This document shows, piece by piece, positions 14,923-59,160 of a DNA stretch of 64,000 bases; positions within the stretch are counted from its first letter, which is position 1; each line of letters opens with the position of its first letter. The stretch lies in NCBI GenBank assembly GCA_964016885.1, contig OZ024766.1:6138001-6202000 (forward strand), given 5' to 3'. The DNA comes from Eledone cirrhosa. Its lineage: Eukaryota. The notes below the pieces were generated by a model. It saw only the letters and a list, made by a program, of their open reading frames with translations. It was not told the DNA's origin and did no database searches. A program made the translations under genes and the position numbers.

Positions 14923-14998
14923 GAAATATTTTTGTAGGAAAGGTAAAGGAAAAGAAACCACTGGTAAATGAATTAATTATCTTATGTTGTTTATTACT

Positions 14999-15053
<55 letters not shown>

Positions 15054-15229
15054 ATAATAATAATATTTATACTTATATATGAGTTATATACAATTATAAA
15101 TCCGAAAGGGTAGTACTAAACTCTATCTAATTACCAGTAAGAGAAAAAGCTCAATGTAAATTATCAAATGTATTACAGAGCCAAGGTACAAATTATAAAA
15201 TAATCAAATTTTAGTTTAATACATTTAAT

Positions 15230-15556
<327 letters not shown>

Positions 15557-15752
15557 AAATAATAAAATGTGGAGAGATAAATAAATGCCATTGTTAAATA
15601 ATAAATAAATAAACTAATACCTTAACACTTCATACAAAGTAAATATTTCGTTTTAATCATTTTCTAACCCAGAAAAGAGAGAGAGAGAAACAAAAAAGGA
15701 AAAAAAAAATTTTTTTTCTTCCTCATAATCGTCTCTTTCTCCCTGTTTTCAT

Positions 15753-15924
15753 ATATATAGCTTTCACCGTATTTTTGACTAAAGGAATTTTAGCTTGATA
15801 ACGGGGTTTAGAACCCTCAGATAAATGTACGTCAATACTTATCTTTTTCCATTTATCTGAGGGTTCTAAACCCCGTTATCAAGCTAAAATTCCTTTAGTC
15901 AAAAATACGGTGAAAGCTATATAT
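15753..15924. repeat. Near-perfect inverted repeat, about 75-bp arms
   Basis: atatagctttcaccg...ataaatg / catttat...cggtgaaagctatat. Confidence 0.92.
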
Positions 15925-16003
15925 TTTCTAATTTCAAACTCGCTCACTGTTTCAAAACATACTTACTTGATATATATATATATATATATATAAGAGAGAA
16001 AGT

Positions 16004-16080
16004 TTTATTCGTACATCTTTATTTTATTATCTGAATTAGACAATAAAATAAAGATAAAATAATACCGTCTCTTATTTATT
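16004..16080 (-). terminator. Candidate polyadenylation signals (AATAAA cluster) of calpain
   Basis: Minus-strand AATAAA at 16080-16075, 16028-16023 and 16009-16004, about 420-490 nt after the stop. The region is AT-rich, so chance matches are possible. Confidence 0.45.
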
Positions 16081-16361
16081 ATACCAAAAACTCTGGTTGA
16101 AACCTTACTGTGAAAATCCTAAGGAATACAAAACGTTGAGTGCTTTATGTCTTTACGAAAGAGTCAGATTTTTTGATGAACCAACTTTCATTATAAATAT
16201 ATATATATATAAACATGTATATATATATATACATATATATGTTTATATATGTATATGTATGTATACATATATATGTTTATATATGCATATGTATACATAT
16301 ATATACATATATGTTTATATATATATATATATAGTCTGTATGTCTATGTGTGTGTGTGTGT

Positions 16362-16431
<70 letters not shown>

Positions 16432-16496
16432 TCACACACACACACTGTGTCATATCCAATATGAAGCTGTATTCTGTTGAGTTCTGGTAGAAATGT

Positions 16497-45767
<29,271 letters not shown>

Positions 45768-45879
45768 TTTTGAAATTTTATAGAATTTTTTGGGGGAAGA
45801 ATTCTACAGAATTTTGAAGAATTTCTGTGAATTTTTGATGATTTTTAAATATTTTCTTCCAAAATTTATAGTCTTTGGA

Positions 45880-46400
45880 GAACTTTTTAGATCTATTTAT
45901 AAGATTTCAGACAGATTTAAAATGTTTAAAAGATGTCCAGATATATTTTAAAGTGTTTAAAAGCAGTACAGATCTGTTTAGAAGGTTTCAGACAGATTTA
46001 AAATGTTTAAAAGATGTCCAGATTTGTCTGGGAGTGTTTAAAAGCAGTAGAGATCTGTTTAGAAGATTCGAGAAGGACAAAATATATCTAAAAGATGTCC
46101 AGATATATTTTAAAGTGTTTAAAAGTAGTACAGATCTGTTTAAAAGATGTTCAAATTTGTCTTGAAGTATTTAAAAGCAGTAGAGATCTATTTAAAAGAT
46201 CCCAGATGGATAAGAACTGTTTAAAAGATGTCCAGATTTGTCTTGAAGCATTTAAAAGCAATACAGATCTGTTTAGAAGATTCCAGATGGATTAGATATA
46301 TTCAAAAGATGTCCAGATTTGTCCTGAAGTGTCTAAAAACAGTACAGATCTGTTTAGAAGGTCCGAGAAGGACAACATATATCTAAACGTGTTTAGTTAA
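45880..46400. repeat. Degenerate about 22-bp repeat array upstream of the calpain ATG
   Basis: Recurrent ttaaaagatgtccagat / ttaaaagcagtacagat. Confidence 0.75.
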
Positions 46401-47704
46401 GTTTGGGAGTGTTTAACAATCGAACATATTTATATAAAAGATCTAAATATATTTAAGTATGTGTAAAGTTGTTCAAATGTGTTTAGTGTTGTGTTTAAAA
46501 GTGGTATAAGCGTGTTTAGAAATATGAAACTATTTGAGATGCGTTTGGATAAATAAGACGACTAGGTATGTTATGAAATAATTTAACCATGTAACTCATA
46601 TGCATAGAATGTTCTGCAAATCTGTTTAAATAGGCTAGATTGTGTTATGTGTGGTGGTGTGGTGGTGTGTAGTTATGTGTGGTGGTGTGTGTAGTTATGT
46701 GTGGTGGTGGTGTGTGGTGGTGTGGTGGTGGTGGGTGTGTAGTTGTGTGTGGTGGTGTGTGTAGGTGTGGTGTCTGTGGTGGTGTGTGTAGTTGTGTGTG
46801 GTGGTGTGTGTAGTTATGTGTGGTGGTAGGTGTGGTGTGTGTGGTGGTGTGTGTAGTTGTGTGTGGTGGTGTGTGTAGGTGTGGTGTGTGGAGTTGTGTG
46901 TGTAGCTGTGTGTGGTGGTGTGTGTAGGTGTGGTGTGTAGCTGTGTGTGGTGTGTGTAGTTGTGTGTGGTGGTGTGGTGGTGTGTGTAGGTGTGGTGGGG
47001 TGTGTGTAGGTGTGGTGTATATGGTGGTGTGTGTAGTTGTGTGTGGTTGTGAGGTAGGTGTGTAGTTGTGTGTGGTGTGTGTGTGTGGTGCTGTGTGTGG
47101 TGGTGTGTGTAGTTGTGTGTGGTGGTGTCGTGGTGTGTGTAGTTGTGTGGTGGTGTGTGTAGGTGTGGTGGTGTGGTGGTGTGCGTGTATGTGTGTGTCA
47201 AAAAATATGCATATGGGAATATATATATATGTATGTGTGTATGTATGTATGTGTGTATGTATATGCATGTATGTAGTCCTGTGTGTGTGTGTCTATAATT
47301 ATCTGCCTCTGCATGTGTGTGTGTATATATATATATATGTGTGTGTATATGTATATATATGTGTGTGTATATATATATGTGTGTGTATATATATATACAC
47401 ACACACATATATATATATGTGTGTGTATATATATATATGTGTGTGTGTGTATATATATGTGTGTGTGTGTATATATATATATGTGTGTGTGTGTATATAT
47501 ATATATGTGTGTATATATATATATATAGTGTGTGTGTGTGTATATATATATAGTGTGTGTATATATATATATAGTGTGTGTATATATATATATGTGTGTG
47601 TATATATATATATATGTGTGTATATATATCTGTGTGTGTGTATATATATATATATGTGTGTATATATATCTATATCTGTGTGTGTGTGTGTGTATATATA
47701 TATA

Positions 47705-47735
<31 letters not shown>

Positions 47736-47740
47736 GTGTG

Positions 47741-47787
<47 letters not shown>

Positions 47788-47874
47788 GTGTGTGTGTATG
47801 TATATATATATATATGTGTGTGTGTGTATATATATATATATCTGTGTGTGTGTATATATATATATTAATATATA

Positions 47875-47913
<39 letters not shown>

Positions 47914-48218
47914 ATGTGTATATATATGTATGTATGTATGTGTGTGTGTGTGAAGCAGAGCACCAGGTGTAACGAAATACCTGTACAGTGATGACTCTTT
48001 GAAGTAGTCTTATGTAATGGTTGGGTAGAACAGGTGGTGGGGATGGGGTGGGGGGTGATAGTGGTGGGGATAGGGATGGGGGGTGATATTGGAGTGGGGG
48101 GGGGGGGGGCGGCGTGTATGTGTTGATAACAAGGTATGTGATTATCTCCCTCTTTGTATACATATATATATATATATATACACACACATATATATATACA
48201 CACACACACATATATATA

Positions 48219-48288
<70 letters not shown>

Positions 48289-48559
48289 TATATATATATA
48301 TACACACACACATACATATATATATATACACACACATATATATATACACACATACATATATATATACACACACACATATATATATACACATACATATATA
48401 TATACACACACACATATATATATATATATACACACATACATATATATATACACACACATATATATATATACACACACACATATATATATATACACACATA
48501 CATATATATATACACACACACATATATATATATGCACACACACACACACATATATATAT

Positions 48560-48590
<31 letters not shown>

Positions 48591-48675
48591 CACACACATA
48601 CATATATACACACACACATATATATATATACACACACACACATATATATATATACACACACACATATATATATAT

Positions 48676-48706
<31 letters not shown>

Positions 48707-48992
48707 CACACACATATATATATATATATATACACACACATATATATATATATACACACACACACATATATATATATATACACACACACATATATATATA
48801 TATATATACATACACACACACATATATATATATACACACACACACATATATATATATACACACACACACACATATATATATATACACACACACATATATA
48901 ATATATATACACACACACATATATATATATACACACACACATATATATATACACACACATATATATATATATATACACACACACATATATAT

Positions 48993-49039
<47 letters not shown>

Positions 49040-49046
49040 TATATAT

Positions 49047-49079
<33 letters not shown>

Positions 49080-49252
49080 CACACACATATATATATACAC
49101 ACACACACACACATACATATATAAACACACACATACATATATATATACACACACACACATATATATATATATACACATACACACACACACATATATATAT
49201 ACACACACACATATATATACACACACACACATATACACATATATATATATAT

Positions 49253-49283
<31 letters not shown>

Positions 49284-49646
49284 CACACACACATATATAT
49301 ATACTTGAATTCTTGACAGGGATTTAATGACCTGCTTGTATATTATTTTATTTTCCACGGAAGTCTGCCCCTCCTATTTAGGGGACGGTGTGAGATTTTC
49401 TTTCGAACTGCTGGACATACAACCTAACAGCTATTTCTAGCACTGATGGTAATTATTGCTAAATATTAATGATGATTTAGTTATTAATATTGATAATATT
49501 GGGTACCCACTGAAGATTTATAAGAGCCCACTTGAATAAGAATCTATTGATTTTACACAAGCTTCTACATAACTTCGTATAATTTCACCCCACCTTGTAG
49601 AAATCTCATAATGAAACAATTCGTTTGGGAAGTGAGATATTTGATA

Positions 49647-50680
49647 TCATCATCATCATCGTTTAACGTCCGTGTTCCATGCTTGCATGGGTTTGGACGG
49701 GAGTTTTCCCACTTGAGGTAAGAGTGGTTGTCTTGCTCGCATAGGACTGTCTGGCGGGCCTTCCTAACACCAACCACATTTACAGTGTGGGGCTGGGAGG
49801 TTTTTACCGTGTTGCCTACACGGCCACATTACAGCGTGGACTGTCTGGCAGGTTTTCTACAGCTGGATGCCCTTCCTAACACCAACCACATTTACAGTGT
49901 GGGACTGGGAGGTTTTTACCGTGTTGCCTACAAGGCCACATTACAGCGTGGACTGTCTGGCGGGTTTTCTATAGCTGGATGCCCTTCCTAACACCAACCA
50001 CATTTACAGTGTGGGACTGGGAGGTTTTTACCGTGTTGCCTACACGGTCACATTACAGCGTGGACTGTCTGGCGGGTTTTCTATAGCTGGATGCCCTTCC
50101 TAACACCAACCACATTTACAGTGTGGGACTGGGAGGTTTTTACCGTGTTGCCTACACGGCCACATTACAGCGTGGACTGTCTGGCGGGTTTTCTACAGCT
50201 GGATGCCCTTCCTAACACCAACCACATTTACAGTGTGGGGCTGGGAGGTTTTTACCGTGTTGCCTACACGGCCACATTACAGCGTGGACTGTCTGGCAGG
50301 TTTTCTACAGCTGGATGCCCTTCCTAACACCAACCACATTTACAGTGTGGGACTGGGAGGTTTTTACCGTGTTGCCTACACGGCCACATTACAGCGTGGA
50401 CTGTCTGGCAGGTTTTCTACAGCTGGATGCCCTTCCTAACACCAACCACATTTACAGTGTGGGACTGGGAGGTTTTTACCGTGTTGCCTACACGGCCACA
50501 TTACAGCGTGGACTGTCTGGCAGGTTTTCTACAGCTGGATGCCCTTCCTAACACCAACCACATTTACAGTGTGGGGCTGGGAGGTTTTTACCGTGTTGCC
50601 TACACGGCCACATTTACAGCGTGGACTGTGTGTTTTTTGTCGTGACACCTACACGATCTCATTTGTTTCGGCCTGGATTC
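49647..50680 (-). mobile_element. RTE LINE 3' end with about 7.5 x 112-bp tandem units
   Basis: Reverse complement of 53580-54300; ORF-track repeats are offset by 112. Confidence 0.85.
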
Positions 50681-52314
50681 TGATCTCATATAAAATAATT
50701 GTTAAATAATAATTGTTTCTAATTTAAGCACAAGGCCAGCAATTACACCAGTGTATTACTGGTACTTTATTTTATCGACCCTGTAATAATTGTTTCTAAT
50801 TTAGGCACAAGGCCAGCAATTACACCAGTGTATCACTGGTACTTTATTTTATCGACCCTGTAATAATTGTTTCTACTTTAGGCACAAGGCCAGCAATTAC
50901 CCCAGTGATTTACTGGTACTTTATTTTATCGACCCTGAAATAATTGTTTCTACTTTAGGCACAAGGCCAGCAATTACCCCAGTGTATTACTGGTACTTTA
51001 TTTTATCGACCCTGTAATAATTGTTTCTACTTTAGGCACAAGGCCAGCAATTAACCAGTACATTACTGGTACTTTATTTTATCGACCCCGTAAGGATGAA
51101 AGGCAAAGTCAACGTCGGCGGGATTTGAACTCTGATCATAAAGGGACGTAACTCTATGCTTCAAAGCATGGTGTCCGACTCTCTACCGATACTGTCAATC
51201 CATTACTATTGATATTATTGATCACCCACTGAAGAATTATAAGAGCCCACTTGAATAAGAATCCATTGATCTTAATTCATTTGGGAAATGAGATATTTAA
51301 TATATCTCATTTAAAATAATTGTTTCTACTTTAGGCACAAGGCCAGCAATTACCCAGTGCATTACTGGTACTTTATTTTATCGACCCCGTAAGGATGAAA
51401 GGCAAAGTCAACCTCGGCGGGATTTGAACTCAGATCGTAAAGGGACGTAACTATGCTGGAGAGCATGGCGTCCCACCCTGCCAATAACAAATAATTGTTT
51501 CTACTTTAGGCACAAGGCCAGCAATTACCCTCAGTGCATTACTGGTACTTTATTTTATCGACCCCGTAAGGATGAAAGGCAAAGTCAACCTCGGTGGGAT
51601 TTGAACTCAGATCGTAAAGGGACGTAACTATGCTGGAAAGCATGGCGTCCCACCCTGCCAATAACAAATAATTGTTTCTACTTTAGGCACAAGGCCAGCA
51701 ATAACCCAGTGCATTACTGGTACTTTATTTTATCGACCCCGTAAGGATGAAAGGCAAAGTCAACCTCGGCGGGATTTGAACTCAGATCGTAAAGGGACGT
51801 AACTATGCTGGAAAGCATGGCGTCCGACCCTCTACTGATACTGCCAATCCACCACCCCATATAAAATAATACAGCCAATTATCCACACAATACAATATAG
51901 TTAGAACCCCAAACATATAATTGGGAATATACTCAGGTATTTCCTAATGTTTGTTGAGTGAGTTGGAAATTGGTTGGAGTATCGCTAATAGCTTTCTCCG
52001 TTTATGTAGTTATATATATCTCATGTTATTATTTCTATTTATTATTTTTAATGTACCAGTAATGCACTGGGTAATTGCTGGCCTTGTGCCTAAAGTAGAA
52101 ACAGTTATTATTTTTATTTTTTTACGCTCTTTCCTATGTTCATCTACACACTATACATCTCATTTTACACACTATACATCTTATTCTACACTCCCTTACA
52201 TCTCCCTCTTCACCACCGGATCTTGTTACCCGGAGAATTACCCGTCTGCATTGTTGAGGCTTCCAAAACGACCAAAAGATAATAAATCATATATATATAT
52301 ATATATTTATATAT

Positions 52315-52648
52315 ATATTAAGACAGGGGGGAAGAAAAAAATGGCTTCACTTGTGCTTTCAACAAATTTATTTTTTTCACAAAATCCAAAAAGAATTTTT
52401 TTCCGGATTATAAAAAATTTTTTTTTTTAAATTTTTATAAATTTATAAAAAAATTTTTCTAATCCGGAAAAAAATTCTTTTTTGGATTATAAAAAATTAA
52501 AAAAAAAATTTTTTTTATAAATTTATAAAAATTAAAAAAAAAAAGTTTTTTCTAATCCGGAAAAAAATTATTTTTGATTTTATGAAGAAAATAAATTTGT
52601 TGAAAGCACAAGTGAAGCCATTTTTTTCTTCCCCCCTGTCTTAATATA
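52315..52648. repeat. Inverted duplication with A/T-tract centre
   Basis: ttaagacaggggggaagaaaaaaatggcttcac / gtgaagccattttttt..cccccctgtcttaa. Confidence 0.88.
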
Positions 52649-52680
52649 CCTAACTGTACCAAGGATTACACACATTTTCC

Positions 52681-52713
<33 letters not shown>

Positions 52714-53024
52714 GTGTCATCATCATCACCGTTTTACGTCCGTTCTTCCACGCTAGCATGGGTTAGACGGGTTGTCCTGTTGTGGGCAGTGTCTGGTCGG
52801 CTGACCATGCTTTGCTCATACAGGAACTGATTTGTGTGTGTGTGTGTGTGTGTGTATAATAGTCCTGTTGAAGCTCTTCTATATTAAAACATTTATACTC
52901 TGCTATGTATTGAGTACCTTACTTACTGTGGTTACCTCCGATTCAACCCGGAATAACTTATATATATATATATGTGTGTGTGCATGTGTGTGTATATATA
53001 TATATGTGTGTGTGTATATATATA

Positions 53025-54300
53025 AGGCAGGTTATACGATGCCTGCATACGAACAGCAATGCTGCATGGCAGTGAGACCTGGGCATTGTGTGCAGAGGAT
53101 TTACGCAAACTAGAGAGGAACGAAGCTTGCATGCTCCATTGGATGTGTAATAGTAATATACTGTGAACGGCAAAGCATAAACGAAGTAAGGAAAAAATTA
53201 GAAATAAGAGGGATCAGATGCTGTTTACTCGAGAGAAGGCTACGTTGGTATGGTCACGTGATGCGCATGAAAGACGACAGCTGTATAACAAAGTGCAGGG
53301 CAATAAAAATAGACGGTAGCCACGGAATAGGCAGACCCAGAAAAACCTGGACGAACTGATAAATTCCGACCTCACACGCTTACACCTCTCCAAGACAATG
53401 TCACTGGACCGAGACCTTTGGCGGTACTCAGTAATAGAGAAGACCCGCCTTACCTAAATACAAAGTAAAACCTACTACAGTCAGTAGGCACCTCTATCAA
53501 AACACACCCCCGTCCCACCACCTCCACCCCACCCACACCGCCCCTTTCAATGTAAAGTTATGTTGGTCCCACAACATCCAGGCCGAAACAAATGAGATCG
53601 TGTAGGTGCCACGACAAAAAAACACACAGTCCATGCTGTAATGTGGCCGTGTAGGCAACGAACGGGGTAGGTAAAACCTCCCAGCCCCACACTGTAAATG
53701 TGGTTGGTGTTAGGAAGGGCATCCAACTGTAGAAAACCTGCCAGACAGTCCATGCTGTAATGTGGCCGTGTAGGCAACACGGTAAAAACCTCCCAGACCC
53801 ACACTGTAAATGTGGTTGGTGTTAGGAGGGGCATCCAACTGTAGAAAACCTGCCAGACAGTCCACGCTGTAATGTGGCCGTGTAGGCAACACAGTAAAAA
53901 CCTCCCAGCCCCACACTGTAAATGTGGTTGGTGTTAGGAAGGGCATCCAACTGTAGAAAACCTGCCAGACAGTCCATGCTGTAATGTGGCCGTGTAGGCA
54001 ACACGGTAAAAACCTCCCAGACCCACACTGTAAATGTGGTTGGTGTTAGGAGGGGCATCCAACTGTAGAAAACCTGCCAGACAGTCCACGCTGTAATGTG
54101 GCCGTGTAGGCAACACGGTAAAAACCTCCCAGCCCCACACTGTAAACGTGGTTGGTGTTAGGAAGGGCATCCAACTGTAGAAAACCCGCCAGACAGTCCT
54201 ATGCGAGCAAGACAACCACTCTTGCCTCAAGTGGGAAAACCCTCCGTCCAAACCCATGCAAGCGTGGAACACGGACGCTAAACCTGATGATGATGATGAT
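53025..54300 (+). mobile_element. 5'-truncated, decayed RTE-clade LINE (ORF2 C-terminus + 3' UTR with 112-bp repeats)
   Basis: GRLYDACIRTAMLHGSETW...LERNE...RRLRWYGHVMRM...GRPRKTW; (GAT)n tail. Confidence 0.88.
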
Positions 54301-54619
54301 GTGTGTGTGTATATATATATGTGTGTATACATACATAGCCACGTGCGAAGGCGTGTGGCTATGTAGTTAGATAATTGGATTCACAATAGTGAGGTTGTGA
54401 GTTCGATTCCCGGACTGGGTGATGCGTTATGTCCTTGAGCAAGACACTTTATTTCACGTTGCTCCTTCTACCTGGAGTTGTGACTGATAAATAGTATTAG
54501 CAATTGGAAAGACCAATGGAAACATTGTTTCCTCAGTCCGATTTGATGAAATCAATCGACTGTCGATATATATATATAACCAATAGCATGTAAAATGAAC
54601 ATTAAACAGTGATGGTGAT

Positions 54620-54757
54620 GATATATATATATATAATTAATATATATATATATTATATATATATATATTATATATATATTATATATATATATATTATATA
54701 TATATTATATATATATATATATTAATATATATATATATTATATATATATATATATAT

Positions 54758-54789
<32 letters not shown>

Positions 54790-54797
54790 ATATATAT

Positions 54798-54828
<31 letters not shown>

Positions 54829-54900
54829 ATATATATATTATATATTATATATATATATATATATATTATATATTATATATATATATATATATTATATATA

Positions 54901-54950
<50 letters not shown>

Positions 54951-54975
54951 ATATATTATATATATATATATATAT

Positions 54976-55038
<63 letters not shown>

Positions 55039-55415
55039 ATATATTATATATATATATTATATATATATATATATTATTTATATTATATTTATATATATTA
55101 TATATTATATATATTATATTTATATATATTATATATATTATATTTATATATATTATATATATTATATATATATATATTATATATATTATATATATATATA
55201 TTATATATATCATATATATATATATATTATATATATATTATATATATATATATTATATATATCATATATATATATATATATATTATATATGATATATATA
55301 ATATATATATATATAATATATATATAATATATATATATATAATATATATATAATATATATATATATAATATATATAATATATATATATGTAATATATATA
55401 ATATATATAAATATA

Positions 55416-55448
<33 letters not shown>

Positions 55449-55516
55449 TTTATATATAATTTATATATTTTATATATAATTTATATATTTTATATATATT
55501 ATATATATATATATAT

Positions 55517-55548
<32 letters not shown>

Positions 55549-55615
55549 ATATTATATATATATATATATTATATATTATATATTATATATATATATATAT
55601 ATTATATATATATAT

Positions 55616-55647
<32 letters not shown>

Positions 55648-55720
55648 ATTATATATATATATATTATATATATATATATTATATATATATATATTATATA
55701 TATATATATTATATATATAT
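54620..55720. repeat. About 1.1-kb (TA)n tract; similar TA/TG/CA tracts at 9070-9800, 12370-12890, 14140-14920, 25285-26290, 46645-49300, 56740-58320, 61675-63900
   Basis: Seen directly. Confidence 0.97.
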
Positions 55721-56397
55721 CATCAAAATGATCGAGAACTTGCAAAAAGTCTCAAATCAATTCCTTCAAGTGTAGGAAAAGTGTTCAGAACACAGAAACC
55801 AGCATCAGTGATGGTTTGGGCAGCCATTTCTGAAAGAGGGAAGTCTCCTCTGATATTTGTGCCTCAAGGAGTTAAGATTAACAAAGAACTTTGCATAAAG
55901 GATATTTTGGAAGGAGCACTGATGCCATGGTGCACATCTGTTTATGGCGATGACATTTGGACTCTCCAACAAGATGGAGCGACGAGCCACACTGCTCGCG
56001 TAACACAACAGTGGTGTAGAGACCATTGTCCTGCATGGATCAGTAAGGAAGAGTAGCCTCCCACATCACCAGATCTCAACCCTCTCGATTTTTCTTTATG
56101 GTCAATTCTTGAGAGTGAAACCTGCTCTACTCCTAGCCAAAATATTGAAACTCTAAAATCAAAACTGAATAAAGAATGGGAGAAAATACCCATGGAAACT
56201 GTTCGTGCAGCCATCAAAGACTTTCCTAGAAGTCTTTGAGAAATAGTGAGAGCTAGAGGAAAGCATTTCGAATACATTTTTGTGCAGTTGTTTAATAGTA
56301 TATTACTTACTATTTGTTGGAGTCAGATCTTGAAATAAATGTTTCTTTCAAGAACTATTTGCATTTTATTTTGTAACAATTTTTTAGCCCCACCCTG
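55721..56397 (+). pseudogene. Decayed Tc1/mariner DD37D (maT-type) transposase 3' half with right TIR
   Basis: VMVWAAIS...QQDGATSH...*PPTSPDLNPLD with 37 residues between the two Asp; in-frame stops; ends ...CCCCACCCTG|TA. Confidence 0.88.
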
Positions 56398-56475
56398 TAC
56401 TTAAGGTAAACATTGATACAATTAAATTCAAGCACTCAACGTACTTTTTCCACATAGTAACGACGGAGTATATTT

Positions 56476-56581
56476 CGAATAAGAAAATGCGAAGTAGTTT
56501 CAGAAGCTAAAACCCTTTACCATTAAAGGGCTTTAGCATCTAAAACTACTTCGCATTTTCTTATTCAAAAAATATATATAT

Positions 56582-56613
<32 letters not shown>

Positions 56614-56721
56614 GTGTATATATATATATTTTGAATAAGAAAATGCGAAGTAGTTTCAGAAGTTAAAGTCCTTTAATGGTAAAGGGTTTTAGCTTCTGAA
56701 ACTACTTCGCATTTTCTTATT
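56476..56721. repeat. Two about 90-bp hairpin units in inverted orientation around (TA)n
   Basis: gaataagaaaatgcgaagtagttt...aaactacttcgcattttcttatt occurs twice. Confidence 0.85.
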
Positions 56722-56749
56722 AAAAAAAAAAAAATATATATATATATAA

Positions 56750-56786
<37 letters not shown>

Positions 56787-56790
56787 TATG

Positions 56791-56822
<32 letters not shown>

Positions 56823-56826
56823 TATG

Positions 56827-56859
<33 letters not shown>

Positions 56860-56888
56860 GTATATATGTGTGTGTGTGTATATATATA

Positions 56889-56931
<43 letters not shown>

Positions 56932-57054
56932 ATATATATATATGTGTGTGTGTGTATGTATGTATATATATATGTGTATTTATATATATATATATGTGTA
57001 TTTATATATATATATATGTGTGTGTATGTATGTATATATATTTGTGTATATATA

Positions 57055-57085
<31 letters not shown>

Positions 57086-57366
57086 GTGTATGTATGTATA
57101 TATATATGTGTATATATATGTGTATATATATATATGTGTATATATATATATATGTGTATATATAGATATGTATATATATATATGTATATATATATGTGTA
57201 TATATATATATATATGTGTATGTATGTATATATATGTGTATATATATATGTGTATGTATGTATATATATGTGTATATATATATATGTGTATATATATATA
57301 TATATATGTGTATATATATATATGTGTGTATATATATATATGTGTGTGTATATATATATATATGTG

Positions 57367-57411
<45 letters not shown>

Positions 57412-57413
57412 GT

Positions 57414-57516
<103 letters not shown>

Positions 57517-57562
57517 TATACACATATATATATATGTATATATATATATATGTATATATATG

Positions 57563-57595
<33 letters not shown>

Positions 57596-57649
57596 GTGTG
57601 TATATATATATATATATGTGTATGTATATATATATATATATGTGTATGT

Positions 57650-57680
<31 letters not shown>

Positions 57681-57706
57681 TATGTATATATATATATATG
57701 TGTATG

Positions 57707-57753
<47 letters not shown>

Positions 57754-57792
57754 GTGTGTGTGCGAGTTTGTATTTGTGTGTGTATATATATT

Positions 57793-57823
<31 letters not shown>

Positions 57824-58118
57824 GTGTCTGTAGGTTTGTATGTGTATGTGTGTGTGTATATATATATGTATTTGTATGTGTGTGTGTATGTATATGTATA
57901 TATATATATATATTTATATATATATGTATGTGTATGTGTATATATATATATGTGTATATATATATATGTATATATATATAGATATATATATATATATATT
58001 GCTTAAACTTTAATCTGTTATTTTAATAAATATATATGTGTATATATATATATTTATCTGTCTCTGTGTACATGTGTGAATGTGCTTGTAGACACTTGTA
58101 ATATAGCTTAAGAGAAAC

Positions 58119-58161
<43 letters not shown>

Positions 58162-58250
58162 TTGTATGTGTATGTATAAGTATGTATGTGTATATGTATG
58201 TATTTGTGTGTATATATATATATATGTATATATATGTAAATATATATATG

Positions 58251-58281
<31 letters not shown>

Positions 58282-58374
58282 ATATATGTATATATGTATA
58301 TATATATATATATATATATAAAATATTAAACAAATAATGAATAAACAATTCCTTATATTAAACAAAAAAAGTTC

Positions 58375-58522
58375 ATTATTTAACGATCGTTTCTAGGATA
58401 TATATGTGTTAGAGTTGGCATGCATATTCAATAGATCTATGTACAAAATTATACAAAATTATACAAACTATCAAGATTAAATATACATACCAACACATAT
58501 ATACGCCGTCTTCAGAAATAAT
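58375..58522 (-). ncRNA. Hammerhead-like motif with about 110-nt stem II
   Basis: ATTATTT-CTGAAGA-[long hairpin]-GAAAC-GATC-GTT-AAATAAT. Confidence 0.5.
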
Positions 58523-58978
58523 ATATATATATATATATGTAGTGTGAATGTGCTTGCACACACCTGTTATAAAGCTTAAGAGAAACTTAAAAATAAGGAG
58601 AGGTACCCAATATTTGAACTTGTTTATAGAATTCTTTCTGCTTTTGTCACTCTAAGTAAAGCTTTAAAGAATTAGCTTTTAAAGAATTCCCCTTTCTTGA
58701 AACCCATCAACCATGACCTCCACCCATCTTGTAGACACCTGAAATCTATGCATTGTTAGATTAAGAGAAACTTAAAAATAAGGAGAGGTACCCAATATTT
58801 GAACTTGTTTATAGAATTCTTTCTGCCTTTGTCACTCTAATTATAAATTATAGCCTTAAAGAATTAGCTTTTAAAGAATTCCCTTTTCTTTCAACCAATG
58901 ACCTACACCCATCCCACTCCCCACCCTCTCCTACCACCAGAAAAGATATAAATACCACCATATTTACTTGGACAGTTC

Positions 58979-59029
58979 AGCCTCCTGATGATTTCTCACG
59001 ACTGAAACAGTTCTAGTCCTGTAGAAGCT
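58979..59029 (+). ncRNA. Hammerhead motif, degenerate stem II (same family as 32461)
   Basis: AGCCTC-CTGATGA-tttctcacgact-GAAACAG-ttctagtc-CTGTA-GAAGCT. Confidence 0.5.
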
Positions 59030-59062
59030 CTTCTATATTAAACCTTTTATACTCTGCTATGT

Positions 59063-59160
59063 ACAGTCGAGTCCGCTTAAGAGTATACCCTCGGGAATGG
59101 AAAATAGTATATTCTTAACCGGACTATACTCTTATCCGTACTAAGTAAAAATATGCCATG
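59063..59160 (+). mobile_element. Probable TA-flanked DNA transposon end (Tc1/mariner/pogo-like)
   Basis: TA|CAGTCGAGTCCGCTTAAGAGTATA with internal inverted tatactctta. Confidence 0.4.

Noticed and set aside
49490-51310. Repeated about 60-100 bp segment at 49490 and 51205 as a target-site duplication
   Set aside because: Too long and too diverged for a TSD; more likely an old local duplication.
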